Assembly: GCA_965247335.1 (NCBI GenBank)
Contig: CBDFGU010000009.1
Location: 395,519-459,518 of the forward strand
From: Rickettsiales bacterium
Lineage (GTDB): Bacteria; Pseudomonadota; Alphaproteobacteria; Rickettsiales; UBA3002
Reading direction: 5' to 3'
DNA: 64,000 nt
The translations under genes were made by a program, and so were the position numbers. Shown in pieces: positions 9,275 to 21,482 of the stretch. The notes beneath the pieces are model-generated. The model had not been told where the DNA came from. It saw nothing but the letters and a program-made list of their open reading frames with translations, and ran no database searches. The first letter of the stretch is position 1. Each line of letters opens with the position of its first letter.

Positions 9275-9678
9275 AACCGGCCGTTACCGACGCGCTTGTT
9301 ACTTTGGATGGCCAGCGTGCCACCGGGCCAGATCGTGTAATCGCTATCCGGATCGGCTGGGATATTCTCGCTGCGTTCCGCGCCGATGACGCCGGACAAG
9401 ATACCATCCGCATGCACCGTCGTGTCGCCGTCCTGCGTGTGGTGCAGCGGTCTGCCTTTTTTGCCGGGTGCAGCTGGAGTGATGAGCGAAAGGCGCCCCT
9501 GATTGCTACCCGTGAAATACTCCGTATCGCCGGGTTCGATCGTCCTCTGCTCGAGCACACCGCCGCCGGCAAGTTCGACCGTACGCGCCACCTTGTCGAG
9601 GTTCGTCACGCGTAAGGCGAATGCCGGACTGGCCAGCAGCGCCAGCGTTAAAGCGGCCATCGGAATAATATGTTTCAT
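9271..9678 (-). CDS. secreted hypothetical protein (135 aa)
   Basis: I chose the internal start MKHIIPMAALTLALLASPAFA, which gives a clear signal peptide, with GGAGAG upstream. No known domain. The stop overlaps the ppdK stop convergently. Confidence 0.6.
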   Translation of the reverse strand: MKHIIPMAALTLALLASPAFALRVTNLDKVARTVELAGGGVLEQRTIEPGDTEYFTGSNQGRLSLITPAAPGKKGRPLHHTQDGDTTVHADGILSGVIGAERSENIPADPDSDYTIWPGGTLAIQSNKRVGNGRF

Positions 9679-9706
9679 TATCTCTCCTTGCATTGTTTTT
9701 ACGAAA

Positions 9707-10153
9707 TTATTTTTTGAATTTACGCGCCTCGGCCACCGCCAACTCATCCACGCGATCATTGTGCGTATCGCCGCTATGGCCCTTCACCCATAACCATTCA
9801 ATATGATGGGGAGATGAGCAATCCACCAGCGCCTGCCACAGATCGACGTTCTTGACCGGCTTCTTGTCCGCGGTTTTCCACCCTTTACGGATCCAGCCCG
9901 GTAACCATTCGGTAAAGCCCTGCAGCACGTATTTGCTATCCGTGTAAAGTTTCACCTCACAGGGCTCTTTCAAATGTTTGAGGGCCATGATGGTCGCCAG
10001 CAACTCCATGCGGTTGTTGGTGGTCGCCGCCTCGCCGCCGCTAATCTCTTTTTTCAATTCGCCGAACATGAGCAATGCCGCCCAGCCGCCGGGGCCGGGA
10101 TTGCCGCTGCAAGCACCGTCGGTGTAGATGGTGACTTTTTTACGCGACACCAT
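9707..10153 (-). CDS. rnhA: ribonuclease HI
   Basis: '[18 protein letters not shown]', 'TNNRMEL' and 'VKGHSG...ND.VDELA' are the RNase H catalytic DEDD motifs. Confidence 0.95.
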   Translation of the reverse strand: MVSRKKVTIYTDGACSGNPGPGGWAALLMFGELKKEISGGEAATTNNRMELLATIMALKHLKEPCEVKLYTDSKYVLQGFTEWLPGWIRKGWKTADKKPVKNVDLWQALVDCSSPHHIEWLWVKGHSGDTHNDRVDELAVAEARKFKK

Positions 10154-11123
10154 AGGTACTCACATCCTTTACGCCTTGGTGGAACCGCAGTTTCGCGGCA
10201 TAGTCGAGCGGATCATGCGGCCGTACCAGCGCCGCCGGGTCGCGATGCAGCCAGTCATGCGCCCGCGTCAGCAGGAAGCGCAGCGCCGCACCGCGCAGCA
10301 ATACCGGGAACGCTTTTACTTCATCCGGCGTCAGCGCCCGCTGCTGCTGATACGCCGCAAGCAGCAGCTTGGATTTCGTTGGGTTGAATTCGCCGCGCGG
10401 CTCGAACACCCACGCATTCAAAGTAATGGCGACATCGTAGGCGAGCGCATCCGTGCAGGCGAAATAGAAATCGATGATGCCACTGACATCGTCGCCTTCG
10501 AAAAAAACATTATCCGGGAAAAGATCGGCATGGATGACACCGCTCGGGAGTTCGGCAACAGCGAAATTTTTTTCGAGGAAGCTGAGTTCATCCTTCACCA
10601 GTTGTTCGAGGCCGGATTGAATTTCATCAAGCCGTCCGGCAATTTTTGCATAGAGATGTTTCCAGCCCTCAAGCGATAACGCGTTCGCCCGCGTGCCGTT
10701 GAAATCCGCCGCCGTTTTATGCAGTAAGCCGAGCACATCACCTACGGCGTAAGCATGCGGGTCTTTGATAATGGTGCGACTTTTGCCGTGTAAAAACGTC
10801 ACGAGCGATGCCTGTTTACCCGCGCATAGACCGAACAAGCTGCCATCCCGGCGAGGGATAGGGCGGGGACAGTCAACCCCACGCAGCGCGACATGTTCCA
10901 AAAGCTCAAGGAAGAACGGCAAGTCCGCCGCGTTCACCCGCTTTTCGTACAGGGTGAGGATATATTTTGATTCGATGCCATCACCGCCCTTTGTTGCGAT
11001 AAGGTAGTTGGTGTTCTCAACGCCCTGCGTGATGCCGACCGCGAAATCGAGCGCGCCGACGGCATAGAATCCATCGAGATGCTCGGCGATTTGTTCATTG
11101 GTCAGTTGTGTGTAGACGGCCAT
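10140..11123 (-). CDS. thrB: homoserine kinase, ThrB (APH-fold) type
   Basis: 'MAVYTQLT..', 'GVENTNYL', '[10 protein letters not shown]...DLPFFL' and '[11 protein letters not shown]' match the Pseudomonas/alphaproteobacterial-type ThrB. The start was moved to 11123. Confidence 0.9.
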   Translation of the reverse strand: MAVYTQLTNEQIAEHLDGFYAVGALDFAVGITQGVENTNYLIATKGGDGIESKYILTLYEKRVNAADLPFFLELLEHVALRGVDCPRPIPRRDGSLFGLCAGKQASLVTFLHGKSRTIIKDPHAYAVGDVLGLLHKTAADFNGTRANALSLEGWKHLYAKIAGRLDEIQSGLEQLVKDELSFLEKNFAVAELPSGVIHADLFPDNVFFEGDDVSGIIDFYFACTDALAYDVAITLNAWVFEPRGEFNPTKSKLLLAAYQQQRALTPDEVKAFPVLLRGAALRFLLTRAHDWLHRDPAALVRPHDPLDYAAKLRFHQGVKDVSTYGVA

Positions 11124-11277
11124 GATAAGGTGTTTAATGGAGGAATGCTTAGCTGTCACTTTTTTGCGCGCGCGACGCATTTTTTACTGGTAGCGCGCAA
11201 GTGATGTGGCTAGGATTACTGCGGTTGGTGACCATGAGGGCCGCTAGTAAAAATCAGTATTTTTCGGGAGAACGCGC

Positions 11278-11970
11278 ATGTTTCGTCGTAATGAAAATGG
11301 TATGGAAGAATCCATCAACGAGACCGAAGGCGCGACGATCGTCCCGACCGGCAGCGCGACGCCGGCGCAGCCCGTAAACCCGACGGCACCGAGTGCCCCG
11401 ATGGTGCCGAGCGCACCGGTCGCGCAGGCTGCCCAGCCGAGCTTCCGGCCCGTACCGCCGCAAGCCGCGATGGTCGCCGCATCCCGCAGCGCCATGCCCG
11501 CTGCACCGGCCCCGGCCGCGGCCAGCCACGCCGCCGAACCAGCCCGCCCAACACCGTCTGCCGCAACGCCCCTTAGCCGCCCGGCCTCCAAGCGCGTGCT
11601 CACCGTCGGCCCGGAAATCCAGATGAAGGGTGAGATCACGAGCTGCGACCGCGTCGTGATCGAAGGTGTGGTCGATGCCACCATGCGTGACGTGCACACC
11701 GTGGAACTTGCTGAGACTGGTGCCCTTAAAGGCACCGCCGAAGTCGAGGATGCCGAGATCAGCGGCAATTTCGAGGGCGACCTCGTGGTGCGCGGCAAGC
11801 TCACCGTTTATGCTTCGGGCCGCGTACGTGGCAATATCACCTATGGCGAGATCGAGATCCAGCGCGGCGGCCAGATCTCCGGCAATATCCGCAACTCGGC
11901 GGATGCAAAGGCCGGTAATGCTGGCAACGCCAGCAACGCCAATGCGCCGCAGGGTAAGCGCGCGGCCTAA
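11278..11970 (+). CDS. bactofilin family protein with a ~105-aa Pro/Ala-rich N-terminal region
   Basis: The C-terminal half, 'IQMKGEITSCDRVVIEGVVDA..LKGTAEVEDAEISGNFEGDLVVRGKLTVYASGRVRGNITYGEIEIQRGGQISGNI', is the bactofilin (DUF583) beta-helix repeat. Confidence 0.85.
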   Translation: MFRRNENGMEESINETEGATIVPTGSATPAQPVNPTAPSAPMVPSAPVAQAAQPSFRPVPPQAAMVAASRSAMPAAPAPAAASHAAEPARPTPSAATPLSRPASKRVLTVGPEIQMKGEITSCDRVVIEGVVDATMRDVHTVELAETGALKGTAEVEDAEISGNFEGDLVVRGKLTVYASGRVRGNITYGEIEIQRGGQISGNIRNSADAKAGNAGNASNANAPQGKRAA

Positions 11971-11995
11971 CGCCGTTCGCGTTGACTGAATAAAA

Positions 11996-12027
11996 GGCCG
12001 CACCCAGCAATGGTGGCGGCCTTTTTT
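11996..12027. terminator. rho-independent terminator-like hairpin between the convergent bactofilin and nth genes
   Basis: 'ggccgc..(loop)..gcggcc' is flanked by an A-run upstream and 'tttttt' downstream. Confidence 0.6.
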
Positions 12028-12110
12028 GTTAACTAATTCTATCCATGGCAGTGCTGCTCATGCGCTCATGCGTAACACGCTGGCCCGCCGATGGGCAGTG
12101 CCGCTGAACA

Positions 12111-12767
12111 TCACGCGATATTCTTCGCGGGGTACTTGCACCACTGCACCACCGGGCAACGCATGCATTCCGGCCTGCGCGCCTTGCAGATGTAACGCCC
12201 ATGCAGGATCAGCCAATGGTGGGCGTGCTGTTTCCATTGCGTGGGGATCGCGTGTTCGAGCGCTAGTTCAGTACTGAGCGGATTGGTCGTCGCGCACAGG
12301 CCCAAACGGTTGGCGACGCGGAACACATGGGTATCGACGCCGATGGTCGGCCTCCCTAACGCGCAGTTGAGCCACACATTCGCCGTCTTGCGGCCCACGC
12401 CAGGCAGCGTTTCGAGTTCTTCCCGCGTCGTCGGCACATGGCCGCCATACGTGCTGATGAGGCGCTGGCACAGGGCGATCACATTCTTGGCTTTCGCGTT
12501 ATAGAGGCCGATTGTCTTGATATGCGCCTTGATGCCACTTTCGCCCAGCGCCAGTAATTTCTCCGGCGTATCGGCCTTGGCAAAAAGCGCGGGCGTCGCC
12601 TTGTTGACACTGACATCCGTCGCCTGCGCCGAAAGCACGATGGCGACCAGCAGCGTGAACGGATTCGGTGCGACAAGTTCCGTCTTCGGCTGCGGGTCGC
12701 GTTCCGCGAAGGTCGCAAACACGGCATCCGTTTCGGCGCGGGTGAGGAGTTTTGACGGTTTTACCAT
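12111..12767 (-). CDS. nth: endonuclease III
   Basis: It has the HhH-GPD motif 'LPGVGRKTANVWL' and the C-terminal 4Fe-4S cluster 'C.....C..C....C' ('CKARRPECMRCPVVQWC'). Confidence 0.95.
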   Translation of the reverse strand: MVKPSKLLTRAETDAVFATFAERDPQPKTELVAPNPFTLLVAIVLSAQATDVSVNKATPALFAKADTPEKLLALGESGIKAHIKTIGLYNAKAKNVIALCQRLISTYGGHVPTTREELETLPGVGRKTANVWLNCALGRPTIGVDTHVFRVANRLGLCATTNPLSTELALEHAIPTQWKQHAHHWLILHGRYICKARRPECMRCPVVQWCKYPAKNIA

Positions 12768-12877
12768 GCGTCATGCAAGCTTTGTTGAACGTTTTTTGGA
12801 TAATTGGGCTAATTCTGGCCGGTTTCTTCATTGAATTGTCACAATTTGAATCAGCAGGATATGGTATTCTTTTCAGT

Positions 12878-13384
12878 ATGAACGAATCTATCACCATTGA
12901 GCCGACGTCACGACCTTCCGCGATCATCTCTTTCTTGAGCGGCGGAAAGTCAGGTTTTTTCAGCGGCGTCGTCATGTCCGGCATTCTGGCGGCGCTTAGC
13001 CCGCTGCTGATGGGTACACCGCTTGGCTGGTCTGCAGCCGGACTCATGATCGGCGCAGCCACGCTCTTCGGCGGTGTCATGTCGGCCAAACGCGCCATGT
13101 TCGATACGCCGCATCAACCTTCTGCCAACGCCCTGAATATCGTCCCCGTACCGGTGGCGATGGGCGTCAGCGGCCCGGTCATGTCTCCTGAGATGGTGTA
13201 TGCCGATCATGCCCCGGCTCCATCGACCGCGGCTAAGAACTGGGTCGCCGATAGCGGCCGCAGTGAAGTTACCGGCAACCGCATCCAGCAGATCCTGGTC
13301 GATGGCCGCCTGAGCGACCGCGACCGCGCCAGCGCCATCCTGGCTAGCCGTGACACTGCCGACCAGCAGGCCGGCCGCGCCTGA
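12878..13384 (+). CDS. hypothetical membrane protein
   Basis: The ORF has two Gly-rich hydrophobic segments ('FFSGVVMSGILAALSPLLMG', 'GLMIGAATLFGGVM'). The ATG at 12878 was chosen so that it does not overlap nth. No known domain. Confidence 0.5.
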   Translation: MNESITIEPTSRPSAIISFLSGGKSGFFSGVVMSGILAALSPLLMGTPLGWSAAGLMIGAATLFGGVMSAKRAMFDTPHQPSANALNIVPVPVAMGVSGPVMSPEMVYADHAPAPSTAAKNWVADSGRSEVTGNRIQQILVDGRLSDRDRASAILASRDTADQQAGRA

Positions 13385-13527
13385 TCGCGCTCCATCCCAC
13401 CCCAGTGATTGCCACCTAAATGCCACAGTTTGTTACCGTTATGGGTGGTTTAACCAAAAATTAAGCCTGGTCTATTAACAATACCGTTTGATGGCCATAC
13501 AGTGAATCAACCGCAAGAGGTCCCGAT

Positions 13528-13908
13528 ATGAAAAAACTGCTGCTCACCTGCGCTTTCGTGGCGTTGCTGCCATTCACGGCCAACGCCCAATCCGATATCA
13601 TCGGCGGGCCGGACGGCGCGCAAACGATCCACCATTGCGGCTGGCTGCCGGCGGCGCCCGGCCATTACACGGAAACAAGCCTTGAAACGGGCATCGTCGA
13701 GCAGAAATTGTCGCAGCTTGGTTACCTGAGTTTCCCTGGCAATGGCTACTATACGAGAATCGACAAGGCCGCGGTGCGCGCATTCCAGGCGGATGAAGGG
13801 ATCGAGGTCGATGGTATCGTCGGGCCGGTTACTGCCCAGCGCCTTGCTTATGCCACGCATCCGAGCACCAATGTGCATCGCTGCTACCATGCAGCGGCGG
13901 GATTTTAA
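13528..13908 (+). CDS. secreted peptidoglycan-binding-domain protein
   Basis: It has a signal peptide (MKKLLLTCAFVALLPFTANA) and 'AVRAFQADEGIEVDGIVGPVTAQRL', the PG_binding_1 repeat signature. Confidence 0.75.
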   Translation: MKKLLLTCAFVALLPFTANAQSDIIGGPDGAQTIHHCGWLPAAPGHYTETSLETGIVEQKLSQLGYLSFPGNGYYTRIDKAAVRAFQADEGIEVDGIVGPVTAQRLAYATHPSTNVHRCYHAAAGF

Positions 13909-13917
13909 CGCTACCGA

Positions 13918-14892
13918 TTAGAGCTGCTGCGCCAGCTCCGGTGTCGTCACCATCCGCTCATGTTGCTTATCGCCACTGACGCGCGATGCCGGCATCTCTG
14001 CTTTTGCTGCTGCGACGTCATGCAATTCTGGATATTCGGCGCGAACGATTTTTGCTTCCAGCTTGCGCTCCTCGCGCAGTTCCTTTTTCTCTTCCTGCTT
14101 GCGTGCGAAGAAATGCCCGCCGATATAGAGCAGCGTTGCCGCGCCGATGGTGGCAAAGACATCGAGCGCACCAATTTTGCCGTAGCGGAACATTTTGGAC
14201 TCGAGCGCTTCCAGTTCGGCGGCATTTTGCTTCAACAACTCTTTGCTCGCGTTTTCCGTCTTGAGTTTGAGGGCTTCCGATGTGAGCGCATCCACGGTTT
14301 CCTGAGATGCGTGGTAAGCCGGTTTGCCCGTGATGCGGCACAACAATTCACCGGTCTGACGCTCGAAGGATTTCATTGTTTCTTCGTAGTACGCACCTAG
14401 AGTTTTGAACGTTGCAAACACTGCCAGCCAGGCGACGGCGCGACTTTCGAGCAGGCTGATCCAGTTCTGTTTTGTCGTGTGCTGAATCTGCTCTTTCGGG
14501 GTCGGATCATCGGTCGCAGCATTCAACCCATCGACCAGCGCAACTTTATGATGCTCAGCGATACCCACGGGTATCAGCATCAAATTGCCGCCCATCATCA
14601 GGTTGGTCGTCATCACCCCTGTTTCGGCAAGTTCATTGTTCTTGATGGCCCCGCGGCGCGGCGCAACGTTGTTCAGGAATTTTTCCACGACATTCACTGC
14701 GCCTTCATGCAGACGTTTCAAAGACCCGTATTTCAGCGAATGGGTGAGGAACACGGTCGCAACAAACGTGCCTACCCCGGCAATACCCGCATAGACGGTA
14801 CGATCGAACAGCTTCTCGCCTTTCGATTTGGTACGTGGTGCTGCGGATTCAGTCGGTTTTTCCGGCGGCGGCATGGGCATCGGTTGCGTCAC
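13918..14892 (-). CDS. hypothetical multi-pass membrane protein with a charged coiled-coil-like C-terminal region
   Basis: 324-aa ORF with about four hydrophobic segments and a 'KQEEKKELREERKLEAK' tail. No known domain. Confidence 0.55.
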   Translation of the reverse strand: MTQPMPMPPPEKPTESAAPRTKSKGEKLFDRTVYAGIAGVGTFVATVFLTHSLKYGSLKRLHEGAVNVVEKFLNNVAPRRGAIKNNELAETGVMTTNLMMGGNLMLIPVGIAEHHKVALVDGLNAATDDPTPKEQIQHTTKQNWISLLESRAVAWLAVFATFKTLGAYYEETMKSFERQTGELLCRITGKPAYHASQETVDALTSEALKLKTENASKELLKQNAAELEALESKMFRYGKIGALDVFATIGAATLLYIGGHFFARKQEEKKELREERKLEAKIVRAEYPELHDVAAAKAEMPASRVSGDKQHERMVTTPELAQQL

Positions 14893-15146
14893 AGTGAGGT
14901 CTCCTCATTGTTAATTCTACTAAAACAGCGCCTTGAAAAGTGTGAAGGTTTGATGACAGTTGCGCGTGACCGCGTGTAGTCTTAGCGCAGCTGACGCGGC
15001 GAAAAATCCTCAGCGGATAAAAAATCGGTGGGAAGCACGCCGGCACCCGCAATTTGCGCTTGGCAGGCGCTGGCAGGCGCACTAGCGTCCGCTCGACCCT
15101 CTCGAGCCATCTGGCGCCATCATTCGTTCATCAAGGAGTATCGACC

Positions 15147-15800
15147 ATGCGTGCATTCGTTTTCGGCCTTCTCGCCGCCACCGCCCTTTCGAGCGTTGCT
15201 TTCACCGCCCAAGCCCAGAGCACTCCTTTTGGCATGCCAAGCGAACCGCTGAGCATGCAGGAACGAAAAGAGATCAGCCATGAAGCCGCCAGGGCAAAGG
15301 CCGCCAAAGCTGCAGCGGCGGCACGCGCCCGCAAAAAGCATGACGCGGCGCAAGAAACGCACCCGATGAAGGACAGCGCGCCGATGAGCACCGAAGAAGC
15401 GGCGCCGGTCTCGCCAATGGGCAGCGGCATGGATGATGAAGCGCCGATGGGCGCGCCATCCCATACCGGCAGCATGGGCACAGGTTCAGGCATGGGCACA
15501 GGTTCAGGCATGGGCTCGGGTTCAAGCATGGGCTCGCCAGCACCTGCTGGCATGCCGACCCCAAGCGCCATGCCAACTCCAAGCGGTGCGCCGAAATCGC
15601 CGATGACGCCACCAGCACCCGGTACGATGGCACCCGCCGGTAGCCCGGTCGCGCCGCATGCCGGGGCGGATAACGCACTGCCGGTAACGGCACCGAGCGC
15701 CGTTCCCTCGGCGGTGAGCCCAAGCGCGATCACGCCATCGGCAGCGCCCATGGCGCCGTCGGCACCGGGCATGGCAGCGCCGGACACGATGAAGCACTAA
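15147..15800 (+). CDS. secreted Met/Pro/Ser/Gly-rich low-complexity protein
   Basis: AAGGAG lies 8 nt upstream of the ATG at 15147. The signal peptide is MRAFVFGLLAATALSSVAFTAQA. The mature part is dominated by M-x-x-M-like spacing ('GSMGTGSGMGTGSGMGSGSSMGSPAPAGMPTPSAMPTPSG'). Confidence 0.65.
   Translation: MRAFVFGLLAATALSSVAFTAQAQSTPFGMPSEPLSMQERKEISHEAARAKAAKAAAAARARKKHDAAQETHPMKDSAPMSTEEAAPVSPMGSGMDDEAPMGAPSHTGSMGTGSGMGTGSGMGSGSSMGSPAPAGMPTPSAMPTPSGAPKSPMTPPAPGTMAPAGSPVAPHAGADNALPVTAPSAVPSAVSPSAITPSAAPMAPSAPGMAAPDTMKH
15477..15530 (+). repeat. 18-bp tandem repeat (two perfect units plus one variant) encoding GTGSGM units
   Basis: 'ggcacaggttcaggcatg' occurs twice in tandem and is followed by 'ggctcgggttcaagcatg'. 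Confidence 0.9.
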
Positions 15801-15825
15801 CGCCTCATCGTCGTGATACAACAAA

Positions 15826-15852
15826 GGCCGGGAAGCGATTCCCGGCCTTTTT
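15826..15852 (+). terminator. rho-independent terminator
   Basis: 'ggccggg aagcgatt cccggcc' is followed by 'ttttt'. Confidence 0.75.
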
Positions 15853-16640
15853 ATTTGCGCGTTAGGTGAAAGGATTAACCGTTTGTGTTCATACGTTGCG
15901 TGAGCAAAAAGAATCAGTGCCTTGCCGCTGTCTGCTAAAGTGCAAAAACATCAACACAGCTTTTTTCGTTATTTTGAACGTAGTTTAAGGTGGTACGCTT
16001 TAAAGCTTAAGCAAAGAAAAATCCCATGGCGGATAGTTAGACGAATACGGCATAGTAATTATCGGTACCGGAATCCAAGGCTCACCGCGGAGCATGAAGC
16101 CAATACTTGGCAGAATGGTCATTCTGTTAATTCGATCCTGCGCGAATAAAAAACTGAACGCATGGTCAAGGCACATCGGGGTAACCCTGCAGCAGTTAAT
16201 TTGTCGAGAGGGGCTGGACATACCGATCAATTAACGCCGCAGCGGGTAAAGACTTGGAAAAAAGTCATGCGCGATTGTCACCAGAGCCGCATGACTCGTC
16301 ACGGCAGGCTTTGCCCGCCGCAGAGGTAAGAGTTGCTTCAGAAGAGGCTTTAAACGTGAATTCGATGGCTAAGTCAGTTAGCGGCCGAGATCGCTACCAT
16401 GTTACAAGTATATAAAAACAATCGCTGTTTTTTAAACCGAATGTTTTCTTACATTTGTGTCGAATGACTTGCTCGTCCTCATTACTGAAACGAACAGTGT
16501 TAATATTTAAGAACCCAATCCGCACTCCGGTTTACAGCGCGTCATAAGCAGGTGATTTGCAGGATATGGAGGGCTAGTTTCGCCAAGCCCGTTATTTCAT
16601 GAGTAAGCAAAGAATAGACAAACAAAAAGGCCGTTTCGAA

Positions 16641-16759
16641 GGTCTGGCGACGTCCTACTCTCCCGTGTCTTGAGACAGAGTACCATCAGCGCTGAAGGGT
16701 TTCACGGTCGTGTTCGGAATGGGAACGTGTGGAGCATCCTTCGCTATAATCACCAGACC
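16641..16759 (-). rRNA. rrf: 5S rRNA
   Basis: The reverse complement reads 'ggtctggtgattatagcgaagg..ccgaacacgaccgtgaaac..gggagagtaggacgtcgccagacc', a canonical 5S. It is flanked by the complementary 'ggccgtttcga'/'tcgaaacggcc' processing stem. Confidence 0.95.
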
Positions 16760-16966
16760 GTCGAAACGGCCTCTTGTTTGTTTTGCTTCCTCACGGAAGC
16801 AAGATAGGTATCTACAACAGTTGATTTGTTCAAAATCAGTTCAACTCAGACTCACTAGTAACGGCGTCCGGAGTGGACGACGTTGTTCGAACAAAGCACT
16901 GCTTTGTACTGAACGTGAGGGAATCATAAATCAATCAAGCCGTCGCTTCGATCGCTCGAAGCGAGC

Positions 16967-19890
<2,924 letters not shown>

Positions 19891-20428
19891 AATCAAAAAT
19901 GATTCTCTAATTATCACCCCTGTTTGAGTAAACAGGGGAAACTTTAGTATTTTTGGCGCTTGATTGTTTTTATGATGCACCCCACGCACAGAACAAAACA
20001 GACTTATCAGCTAATCAGGAACATATCGAGTTTGAGGCTGCGGTTAAACCGGCTCCTGCCTCCGAACTTCATGCTGCCTGTAAGGCCTTAAAGAAATATT
20101 TCGACCGCGGTTTGGTACGAACTAATTTTCAATCAGCATCAACGTCTCCTGAGCTTTCTTACGACTCGGCCCGGGAAGGGCTTCCTCGCTGGTTGCTCCT
20201 ACATGGCGTCGGTTAGACAAAAGAAACCATGTTGGCTAGGAGCAACGCTTCAAGAGCGCGTTGTAGATACCTATTCACTTATCACTTAGCAGCGACGCGT
20301 TTCTAAAATCCCTCGTCGGGTCTCTAGTCGTTTTCGCATTCAACGGAGTAATCTCCCAAGGGCACTCAGTCAAGCAGACTGTTTGGCGCAGTGGGTAACC
20401 CCGTCGAAGGGATGGGCGTTATAATAGC

Positions 20429-20457
20429 AGAACTCTTGCCCCGTCAATCTAAAAAGT
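20429..20457 (-). promoter_or_regulatory. sigma70-type promoter of the 23S-5S unit
   Basis: The minus strand reads TTGACG, a 17-nt spacer, then TTATAA. An A/T-rich UP-like tract ('attattttcactttttaga') lies upstream. Confidence 0.6.
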
Positions 20458-20605
20458 GAAAATAATTCACAGGCGAAAAAAATGGCGCAAATCTGCGTTA
20501 TTTCGTGTCTATTTTTCTGGGGCGTTGCCGTCATCGAAACGTCACATGACGTTTTGTTTTCGCCCGCATAGAATTTTTACGTAGTGTCATGGATAAGGAG
20601 TCCAT

Positions 20606-20722
20606 ATGAAAATAACGTACCTCGCTCTCGTCCCTGCCATTATGGCCTTTTGCGCCGATGGGACACTCCAGAACGATCACCTAATAGTCAGCGGTCTTAT
20701 CAGTGCGGATGCAATCCGATGA
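20606..20722 (+). CDS. small ORF (38 aa) with a signal/lipobox-like N-terminus, not in the ORF track
   Basis: AAGGAG lies 5 nt upstream. My translation is MKITYLALVPAIMAFCADGTLQNDHLIVSGLISADAIR. The stop overlaps the next start (ATGA). Confidence 0.4.
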   Translation: MKITYLALVPAIMAFCADGTLQNDHLIVSGLISADAIR

Positions 20723-20937
20723 AACGTACGATCGCCCTGCTAGTATGTGTTTCCATGCTTTCGAGTTGCGGGAATAGCCGCCTACAATCCACCGCCACCG
20801 GTGCGGTCGTTGGTACAGGTGCGGGTATTGCGGGGGGCTTCCTCTGCTGCAAGAATCCCAAAGATGCGGTGCCCGGCATGTTCATCGGGATGGCGATCGG
20901 CGCCCTGATCGGCTTTCTGATCGCGCCCACTTCCTGA
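20719..20937 (+). CDS. glycine-zipper lipoprotein (72 aa)
   Basis: The internal start gives MKRTIALLVCVSMLSSCGNS, with lipobox 'LSSC'. It also has the glycine-zipper segments 'GAVVGTGAGIAGG' and 'GMAIGALIG'. Confidence 0.7.
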   Translation: MKRTIALLVCVSMLSSCGNSRLQSTATGAVVGTGAGIAGGFLCCKNPKDAVPGMFIGMAIGALIGFLIAPTS

Positions 20938-21140
20938 CCATCGCACTGCGCTTTGCCAGCATTTTTCGCGTATCCCTCGACGCGGCGTGTTTAACGCCCT
21001 ATATTATCCGCGAACATCACGGTTTTTGCTCTTAACGGAACATTAGGGATTCTATGCCATTCTACAGAGGTACAGCGACGGATGCGCGTGGATTTTTCGG
21101 TTCCGATCAGTTCCTCGAGATCGATACGAATCCCCGCTGT

Positions 21141-21482
21141 ATGAGTGACCCGCAGCACGGTGGCTCGACTGGTGATTCGCAAAAGCAGGGCGGCCTGATG
21201 GTCGCCGAGCCGGAATCGAAGACCAAGCGCCCGCCCATGTACAAGGTGATCTTGCTGAACGATGACTATACGCCGATGGATTTCGTGGTGATGGTGCTGG
21301 AGCAGATCTTCCGGCGTCCTCATTCAGACGCTCTCGATGTGATGCTCGAAGTGCATCAGAAGGGCGCCGGGCTTGCGGGGGTTTACACCCGCGATGTCGC
21401 GGAGACCAAGGTGGATCAGGTCACCGAATATGCACGGATCAACGACTACCCGCTGCAGTGCACGCTTGAGAGTGACGGGTGA
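21141..21482 (+). CDS. clpS: ATP-dependent Clp protease adaptor ClpS
   Basis: 'YKVILLNDDYTPMDFVVMVLEQIF......A...MLEVHQKG....GVY..DVAETK' is the ClpS core. The start is uncertain (21141 or 21198). Confidence 0.9.
   Translation: MSDPQHGGSTGDSQKQGGLMVAEPESKTKRPPMYKVILLNDDYTPMDFVVMVLEQIFRRPHSDALDVMLEVHQKGAGLAGVYTRDVAETKVDQVTEYARINDYPLQCTLESDG

Noticed and set aside
15922-16230. Two overlapping ORFs of 75 and 76 aa lie in the AT-rich gap near the 5S gene.
   Set aside because: Their composition is highly basic or odd. They have no ribosome-binding site and overlap each other on opposite strands, so there is no support for coding.
19891-20428. I expected a 16S rRNA 3' end and tRNA-Ile/tRNA-Ala genes upstream of the 23S, as in a standard rrn operon.
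   Set aside because: The complement of the anti-Shine-Dalgarno end (aaggaggtgatcc) is absent, and no cloverleaf-compatible segments were seen. The region instead pairs with the 23S 3' trailer, so it is interpreted as a leader.
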